DNA of 64,000 nucleotides from the NCBI GenBank assembly GCA_021730945.1, contig JAKFYH010000005.1, positions 34 to 64,033 on the forward strand, given 5' to 3'. Positions 57,944-64,000 of this stretch are shown piece after piece. The notes under the pieces were generated by a model that saw only the letters and a program-made list of their open reading frames with translations, had not been told where the DNA came from and ran no database searches. This stretch comes from Acidobacteriota bacterium (GTDB lineage Bacteria > Acidobacteriota > Vicinamibacteria > Vicinamibacterales > UBA2999). Each line of letters begins with the position of its first letter. Position 1 is the stretch's first letter. A program made the translations under genes and the position numbers.

Positions 57944-58001
57944 GGGCTTGGAGGCTTGGAAGTCAGCGTCCCAAGTCCCCAGGTCCCCAAGTCTCCAAGC
58001 C
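57931..58001. repeat. Two opposed arrays of four 8-mers (cttgRRgg x4, 7-nt spacer, cccaRgtc x4) forming an imperfect hairpin
   Basis: cttgaggg cttgaggg cttggagg cttggaag tcagcgt cccaagtc cccaggtc cccaagtc tccaagcc. The deacetylase TGA (57941-43) lies inside it. Confidence 0.8.
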
Positions 58002-58027
58002 CCGTACGGTATTCTTAAAGAATCACC

Positions 58028-60466
58028 GTGGCTGACTATCATCCCCAAGAGCTCGACAAGAAATGGCAGAAGCACTGGGACGACACCCAGGCGTTTGAAG
58101 TCACCGAAGACCCCTCGAAGCCGAAGTTCTACTGTCTCGAGATGTTCGCGTACCCCTCGGGTCACGCGCACGTCGGGCATGTCCGCAACTACATCATCGG
58201 CGACGTCGTCTCGCGGCTGAAGCGGCTGCAGGGCTTCAACGTGCTGCACCCGTTCGGGTGGGACGCCTTCGGCCTGCCGGCCGAGAACGCCGCGATCAAG
58301 AGCGGCATTCATCCCGAAACGTCTACGCTCGGCAACATCAGCCACATGAAGGGGCAGTTGCAGCGGCTGGGCATCAGCTATGCCTGGGGCCGGGAACTGG
58401 CCACCTGTCTGCCGGACTACTACCGCTGGAACCAATGGCTGTTCACGCGCATGTTCGAGAAGGGCCTGGCCTATCGCCGCCGCTCGACCGTGAACTGGTG
58501 CCCGGTGGATGCCACCGTTCTGGCCAACGAACAAGTGGTCGACGGCGCCTGCTGGCGGTGCGGCACCGCCGTCATCCAGAAGGACCTGGAGCAGTGGTTC
58601 TTCAAGATCACGCACTACGCCGACGACCTGCTCCATGCCGCCGAGGGCCTGTCGAAGTGGCCTGAGAAGGTCCTGACGATGCAGCGAAACTGGATCGGGC
58701 GTTCGGAAGGCGCCAAGGTCCGGTTCCCGATCGAGGGCGCCGAGGGGACCATCGAGGTCTTCACCACACGCATCGACACCATCTACGGCGCCACCTTCAT
58801 GATGCTGGCGCCCGAGCACGCCCTGGTCGCGTCGCTCGCGAAAGAGTCTGAGGACGAGACGGCGTTCATGGCGAACGTGCAGCGGTTCCGGTCGCAGGAT
58901 CGCGCCGGCCGCCTGACCGGGGAGGTTGAGAAGGAAGGCTTCTTCACCGGCCGCTTCGTCATCAACCCGTTCACGAACACGCCCATTCCGATTTGGGTCG
59001 CCAACTACGTGCTTGCCGAATACGGCACCGGCGCGGTGATGGGTGTCGCGGCTCACGACGACCGCGATCGCGAGTTCGCGACCAAGTACGACCTGCCGAT
59101 TGTTCCGGTCGTGAACGACCAGGACGTGCTGATCGATTCAGGGAAGTACACCGGCATGCCCTCGGCCGAGGCGATGAGGGCCATCACCGAGGAAGCGGAG
59201 GAGCGCGGCATCGGCGAGGGCACGGTGCAGTTTCGCCTCAAGGACTGGGGCATCTCGCGCCAGCGCTACTGGGGCACGCCGATCCCGATGATTCATTGCC
59301 CGGTCGACGGCGTGGTGCCGGTGCCGGACGATCAGCTGCCGGTCACGCTGCCGGCGATCACCGAGTTCACCGGCCGCGGCGATTCACCGCTGGCCAGCGT
59401 GCCGGAGTTTGTCAACGTGGCGTGCCCGAAGTGCGGCGGCCCGGCCCGGCGCGAGACCGACACCATGGACACGTTCGTCGACTCGTCCTGGTATTTCTAC
59501 CGCTTCGCCGACGCGCACAACGACCAGATGCCGTTCGATCCGAAAAAGGTCGCCTACTGGTGTCCGGTGGATTTCTACAGTGGCGGCGTCGAGCACGCCA
59601 TCCTGCACCTGATCTACTCGCGCTTCTTCGCCCGCGTCTTCCATGACCTGGGCATGACCGAACACACCGAGCCGTTCACCCACTTGCTGACCCAGGGCAT
59701 GGTGCTCAAAGACGGCGCCGTGATGTCGAAGTCGAAGGGCAATGTCGTCGATCCCGACTCGATGATCGAGAAGTACGGGTCGGACGCGCTGCGCCTCTAC
59801 GTCATGTTTGTGGCGCCGCCGGAGAAGGAAGTCGAGTGGTCCGACTCGGGCCTCGATGGCAGCTTCCGTTTCCTGGCCCGCGTGTGGCGCGCCGCCGACC
59901 AGTGGCGCGACCAGGTGCTGGCCAGTGGCGGTGGCGCGATCGACCAGGCCAGCCTGACCGCCGCCGAGCGCGGCCTCCGGCGCAAGACCCACGACACCAT
60001 TCGCCGCGTCACCCAGGACATCGACGTCCGCCAGCAGATGAACACGGCGGTGTCGGCAATGATGGAGCTGGTCAACGAGCTGTACGCCTTTACCGACAAG
60101 GGTGAGCGGTCGGCGCAGGCGCCGAAGGTGGCGCGCGAGGCGATCGAGTCGCTGATTGTCATGTTGTCGCCGTTCTCGCCGCACACCATGGAGGAGCTGT
60201 GGCAGATGTACGGGCACGCCGGGGACCTGGCCACGGCGGCCTGGCCGGTGTTCGACGCCGTGGTCGCCAAGGCCGAGGAACTGGAGATCCCGGTCCAGGT
60301 GAACGGCAAGCTGCGGGGCCGGGTGACCGCGCCGCCCGAGATCGACGACCGGGCGCTCGAGGCCCTGGCGCTGGCCGACCCGCACGTGCAGGCGCACGTG
60401 GCCGGCAAGACCATCAAGAAGGTCGTGATTGCCAAGGGTCGCCTGGTTTCGATTGTTGTGGCCTAA
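58028..60466 (+). CDS. leuS: Leucine--tRNA ligase
   Basis: HIGH-type motif (PSGHAHVGH), KMSKS-type motif (VMSKSKGN), and a CP1 editing domain. Confidence 0.95.
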   Translation: MADYHPQELDKKWQKHWDDTQAFEVTEDPSKPKFYCLEMFAYPSGHAHVGHVRNYIIGDVVSRLKRLQGFNVLHPFGWDAFGLPAENAAIKSGIHPETSTLGNISHMKGQLQRLGISYAWGRELATCLPDYYRWNQWLFTRMFEKGLAYRRRSTVNWCPVDATVLANEQVVDGACWRCGTAVIQKDLEQWFFKITHYADDLLHAAEGLSKWPEKVLTMQRNWIGRSEGAKVRFPIEGAEGTIEVFTTRIDTIYGATFMMLAPEHALVASLAKESEDETAFMANVQRFRSQDRAGRLTGEVEKEGFFTGRFVINPFTNTPIPIWVANYVLAEYGTGAVMGVAAHDDRDREFATKYDLPIVPVVNDQDVLIDSGKYTGMPSAEAMRAITEEAEERGIGEGTVQFRLKDWGISRQRYWGTPIPMIHCPVDGVVPVPDDQLPVTLPAITEFTGRGDSPLASVPEFVNVACPKCGGPARRETDTMDTFVDSSWYFYRFADAHNDQMPFDPKKVAYWCPVDFYSGGVEHAILHLIYSRFFARVFHDLGMTEHTEPFTHLLTQGMVLKDGAVMSKSKGNVVDPDSMIEKYGSDALRLYVMFVAPPEKEVEWSDSGLDGSFRFLARVWRAADQWRDQVLASGGGAIDQASLTAAERGLRRKTHDTIRRVTQDIDVRQQMNTAVSAMMELVNELYAFTDKGERSAQAPKVAREAIESLIVMLSPFSPHTMEELWQMYGHAGDLATAAWPVFDAVVAKAEELEIPVQVNGKLRGRVTAPPEIDDRALEALALADPHVQAHVAGKTIKKVVIAKGRLVSIVVA

Positions 60467-60475
60467 TGGTCGGCG

Positions 60476-61021
60476 ATGAATAGACGCCAGATGCTACGCG
60501 CGTTACCGGTGCTGGCGGCCTCTGCCGGGGCCGCGTCGTGTGGCTACGCGCTGGCGGGGCGCGGCTCGTTCTTGCCGTCCTACATAAGGACGCTGGGCAT
60601 CCCCATGTTCGGCAATACCACGCCGAATCCGACCATTGAGCAGATCTTCACGCAGAAGGTGCGCGAGGAGTTCCAGGCCAGTGGCCGCTACACCGTTATT
60701 CCCTCGGACTCGGGCGCCGACGGCATCGTCCGCGGCGAGATCCAGTCGGTGTCGAGCCAGCCGGCCGGCCTCAACGATGCGCAACTGGCCTCTCGCTATC
60801 GCTTCACGGTGGTCGTGAAGGTAGCGTTCGAGGACGTGAAACAGCAGAAGACGCTCTGGGAGAACGCGGCGCTGTCGTTCTCCGAGGAATACGACCTGGG
60901 CACGCCGACCTCGGGCGCCCAGGACTTCACGGCGTTCGCCGGCAGCAATCGCGCCGCGTTCGACCGCATTGCCACCGACTTCGCCAAGTCCGTCGTCAGC
61001 GCGATTCTCGAGGCCTTCTGA
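60476..61021 (+). CDS. lptE: LPS-assembly lipoprotein LptE-like
   Basis: Lipobox AASC; leuS-lptE-holA synteny as in Proteobacteria; size about 180 aa. Confidence 0.6.
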   Translation: MNRRQMLRALPVLAASAGAASCGYALAGRGSFLPSYIRTLGIPMFGNTTPNPTIEQIFTQKVREEFQASGRYTVIPSDSGADGIVRGEIQSVSSQPAGLNDAQLASRYRFTVVVKVAFEDVKQQKTLWENAALSFSEEYDLGTPTSGAQDFTAFAGSNRAAFDRIATDFAKSVVSAILEAF

Positions 61022-61022
61022 C

Positions 61023-62015
61023 GTGAACGCCACCGTGGCCGACGTCCGCAAGCAGATCAAGTCGGGCAAGACCGCGCCCCTGTATCTGCTCGAGGGCGAC
61101 GACCTGCAGTCGCGGCACGACCTGGCACTGGAGTTCGCCGCCGTGGTGGACGAGGGACTGCACGCCTTCAACGTCGAGAGCCTCTACGCCAACGAGGCGA
61201 GTAACGCCGCCGGCCGCGACGGCCTGATTGGCGCGATTCTATCGACCGCGCGCACCCTGCCGATGATGTCGCCACGCCGCGTGATCCTGGTCCACGAGGC
61301 CGAGACGCTGCTCTCACCCAAGCGGGGCGGCAAGGACGAAGACGACGCGCAGGGCACACTGGATGTCGTCAAGAAGGCCAAGCGGGGGTCGACGCCGGTC
61401 GAGGAACTCGAGGCCTACTTTGACAAGCCCGAGCCCATGACGACCCTGGTGTTCGTGGCCGGGGGGCTCGATGGTAATCGCCGGCTGGTGAAGCTGCTGC
61501 GCAAGCAGGCCACCTCGGTCGATTGCGGGTCGCTTGAGTCGCCCCGTGATGCCGCCCTGTGGATTCAAAAACGTCTCGACAAAGACGAGCTGACGATCGA
61601 CCCCAAGGCGCTCTCGCTGCTGCTCGGCACGACCGGCTTGAGCCTGGGACGCATTCGCGCCGAGATCGAGAAGCTGGTGCTCTACGCGGCGGGGGAGTCG
61701 GCCATCACGGCAAACCACGTGCGCGACCTGGTGATGCCGCAGAACGAGCCGGGCGAGGACTTTGCCCTGGGCAAAGCGATCTGGAATGCCGACGCCGCCG
61801 GCGCCCTGCGCGAGATTGCTGCCCAGATCGACGCCGGGGCCCAGCCGCCGATGATTCTCGGGCAGATCCGCGCCGCGGCCATCCGCTTGCGGCCAGACAC
61901 CCGGGTGAAGAACAGCCTCGACGCGGTGTTCCGCACCGACCTGGCGATCAAGTCGTCGGTCGGCGCGCCACGATTTCTCCTGGAGCGCCTGGTCGTCGAG
62001 ATCTGCGGACGATAA
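61023..62015 (+). CDS. holA: DNA polymerase III delta subunit
   Basis: GTG 61023 lies just after the lptE stop. ...APLYLLEGDDLQSR... and a C-terminal helical domain. Synteny supports the call. Confidence 0.8.
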   Translation: MNATVADVRKQIKSGKTAPLYLLEGDDLQSRHDLALEFAAVVDEGLHAFNVESLYANEASNAAGRDGLIGAILSTARTLPMMSPRRVILVHEAETLLSPKRGGKDEDDAQGTLDVVKKAKRGSTPVEELEAYFDKPEPMTTLVFVAGGLDGNRRLVKLLRKQATSVDCGSLESPRDAALWIQKRLDKDELTIDPKALSLLLGTTGLSLGRIRAEIEKLVLYAAGESAITANHVRDLVMPQNEPGEDFALGKAIWNADAAGALREIAAQIDAGAQPPMILGQIRAAAIRLRPDTRVKNSLDAVFRTDLAIKSSVGAPRFLLERLVVEICGR

Positions 62016-62017
62016 CA

Positions 62018-62079
62018 GGCTTGGGACTTGGGACCTTGGGGCACTGACTCCCGGAGTTTCAACCCCCAAGCCCGAAGTC
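62018..62079. terminator. cttggg-repeat hairpin between convergent holA and the permease gene (candidate bidirectional terminator)
   Basis: ggcttggga cttggga ccttgggg on the left. cccccaagcccgaagtc on the right is about 14/17 complementary. 22-nt loop. Confidence 0.4.
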
Positions 62080-64000
62080 AGTCCAGTCGTAGCGCCTCAC
62101 ACGGATCAGCATTCGCCGCGCGCCGGGCCGGCACGTAACAGGCAACTGCCGCGACGGCAAGCATCAACAGGGCCGCGCCGCCAATGGTCAGCGGATCGGT
62201 CGGGGCCACGCTGAACAGGTAGCCGCTCAGAACCCGTGCGCCCCCAAACACCCCTAGCAGGCCTGCCGCGACTCCCACGGCCGCCACGCCCAGACCGCGC
62301 ACCACGACCAGCCGGAGGATGTCGGTCCACCTAGCGCCCAGGGCCATTCGCACGCCAATCTCGCGGCGGTACTGGGACACGATGGTGCTGAGCACGCCGT
62401 AAAGGCCGGCTGCGGCCAGCAGCAGCGCCAGCGCCGCGAAACCGGTCAGCACGATCAGCGCGAACCGCCGGGTCGTAAGCGTGCGCTCGACCAGCTCGTC
62501 GAGGGTGGCCGTGCGATAGAACGTCTGCAGCGGATCGATCGCCCAGATTTCGGTCTTGATCGACTCGATCAGGGGCGCCGGGTCGACGAACGCGCGGGCG
62601 ACCAGCGTCATCGATCCCGACGGCGCCTGCGCGTGCGGCAGGAACAACTCCACGCGCGGCGCCTCGTCCAGGCGTTCGTGGCGCGTGGCGCCGACGACGC
62701 CAACGATCTCCACCTGCATCACCTGCCCGCTGTAGCGGAAGGCCATTCGCTGACCGATCGGGTTGAGGTCCCGGAAGTGGCGGCCCGCCATCGCGGCGCT
62801 GATGACGGCGACGCGTGGCGCGTCTGGCCCATCGGCGGCACCGAGATGACGGCCGCGAACGAGCGGGATGCGCATGACGTCGAAGTAGCCGGGGGATGCG
62901 ACGTTGAGCGAGACCCTCGGCTCCTCCCCTGGCGCCGGCGCGGGGCGGTCGAGAAACTGCACCACCCCCCGGATGTCGATGTTCGATTCGATGAACGGCA
63001 TGGCGCCCACCAGTCCGACGCGCTCGATCCCGGGCAACGCCGCGGCCCGGGTCGTGACCTGCTCGAAGTACAGGCGCCTGGCGGCCGGGGTTGGGTTGCG
63101 GTCCCACGAGAACATCTGGACCACCAGCACACCGTCCTGTTGGAATCCGGTATCCACCTGCACCAGGTTGACGAAGCTCTTCAGCAGCAGGCCCGTGCCC
63201 GAGACCAGCATCAGGGCCAGCGCCACTTCCACCGCCACCAGCGTCGACCTCAGGCGCCGTTGGCCGCGGTCGCCGGTCATGGTACGGTGGCCCGGCGCCT
63301 GCAGCCCGAACGCCGACAGCCGAAGGGCCGGCACCAGGCCCGCCGCCACGGTCACCGCCGCCGCCAGCGCGGCCGCAAACAACAGCGCGTCGCGGTCCAC
63401 GTGCAGCGTCTCAATCCACAGCACCTCGCGCGGCCCCAGGCGCGCCAGCAGCCGCATGGCTCCCTGGGCCAGCAGCACGGCGAAGGCTGATGACACCGCT
63501 GCCAGCAGCAGGGTTTCCGCAAGCAGCTGGCCGACCAGCCGCCCGCGATGGGCGCCGAGCGCCGTCCGCACCGCCAATTCCTGCTGCCGCGTGGCGCCGC
63601 GTGCCAGCAGCAGGTTGGTCACGTTGACGCAGGCGATCAGCAGTACCGCGAAGACCGCGGCGGTGAACAGGTTGACCGCCGGCCGGACGTCGCCGACCAG
63701 GTGGTCGCGCAGCGTGATCACTTCCGCACCGGCATCCTTGTTCGTGCGCGGGTTCTCGGCGGTGAGCTGCGTCGCAATCGCGTTCATCTCGGCCTGGGCC
63801 GAGGCGAGCGTCGCGCCGTCCTTCAGCCGGCCCGCCACCTGCCAGTAGCCGCCGGTGCGAATGCGCGGTTCGAAGTCTTCAATGGCCTTGGCCGCCCACA
63901 GCCGCGTCTCGCCAACGAAGTCCTCGAGCAGGTACGGCTGGAAGTCGTCGGGCGCCACGCCCACCACGACGTACGGCTTGGCGTCGATGCTGATGGCGCG
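62078..64000 (-). CDS. ADOP-type duplicated FtsX/MacB-like permease (N-terminus lies beyond the window end)
   Basis: Two FtsX-like 3-4 TM blocks with MacB-like periplasmic domains. ...LLIACVNVTNLLLARG..RQQELAVRTALGA... and ...REIGVRMALGA.... The reading frame is open to nt 64000. Confidence 0.8.
   Translation of the reverse strand, partial: RAISIDAKPYVVVGVAPDDFQPYLLEDFVGETRLWAAKAIEDFEPRIRTGGYWQVAGRLKDGATLASAQAEMNAIATQLTAENPRTNKDAGAEVITLRDHLVGDVRPAVNLFTAAVFAVLLIACVNVTNLLLARGATRQQELAVRTALGAHRGRLVGQLLAETLLLAAVSSAFAVLLAQGAMRLLARLGPREVLWIETLHVDRDALLFAAALAAAVTVAAGLVPALRLSAFGLQAPGHRTMTGDRGQRRLRSTLVAVEVALALMLVSGTGLLLKSFVNLVQVDTGFQQDGVLVVQMFSWDRNPTPAARRLYFEQVTTRAAALPGIERVGLVGAMPFIESNIDIRGVVQFLDRPAPAPGEEPRVSLNVASPGYFDVMRIPLVRGRHLGAADGPDAPRVAVISAAMAGRHFRDLNPIGQRMAFRYSGQVMQVEIVGVVGATRHERLDEAPRVELFLPHAQAPSGSMTLVARAFVDPAPLIESIKTEIWAIDPLQTFYRTATLDELVERTLTTRRFALIVLTGFAALALLLAAAGLYGVLSTIVSQYRREIGVRMALGARWTDILRLVVVRGLGVAAVGVAAGLLGVFGGARVLSGYLFSVAPTDPLTIGGAALLMLAVAAVACYVPARRAANADPCEALRLD

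Overview
High-GC, gene-dense bacterial chromosomal segment with about 60 CDS, mostly on the + strand. No rRNA, tRNA, CRISPR array or prophage was seen.

Content is largely housekeeping genes in classical Gram-negative syntenies:
- acd-meaB-mce, then mtnP plus a PfkB kinase
- ribH-nusB-lysS-lolC/E-lolD
- clpC, then bamA-(lipoprotein)-skp-fabZ/lpxA-lpxI
- a futalosine-type menaquinone cluster (mqnA, mqnC/E, amidohydrolase, UbiA prenyltransferase, ubiE/menG)
- tonB-like, miaA-hfq, deoB
- yceD-rpmF-plsX-fabD-fabG-acpP-fabF, then etfB-etfA and ETF-QO
- leuS-lptE-holA

Accessory-looking content:
- a tetR-MFP-RND efflux operon
- a vapBC pair
- a Ser/Thr kinase fused to TolB-like repeats, and a truncated ADOP-type permease. 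These two suggest an Acidobacteriota-like host (inference only).

Most notable observations:
1. The RND pump and a TolC-like outer-membrane factor form one uninterrupted 1477-codon ORF, with an intact signal peptide at the seam.
2. A 94-nt element with 36-nt inverted arms sits in the fabF/etfB junction. It is flanked by duplicated TGA, and removing it in silico restores an ATGA-coupled junction.
3. Tandem 7-10-nt micro-arrays recur at co-directional gene junctions, and heptamer repeats occur inside two CDS.
4. An IS256-like transposase relic is bracketed by inverted arrays of an 18-nt repeat upstream of acd.
5. Two more in-frame fusions: methylmalonyl-CoA epimerase with an MBL hydrolase, and FabZ with LpxA.
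6. A radical-SAM paralog lacks its Cys motif.
7. A strongly structured 330-nt intergenic region has helix mismatches that become G-U pairs only on the minus strand.
8. A kinase N-terminus is duplicated as an upstream ORF.

All calls come from reading the sequence and the ORF track. No database search was run.
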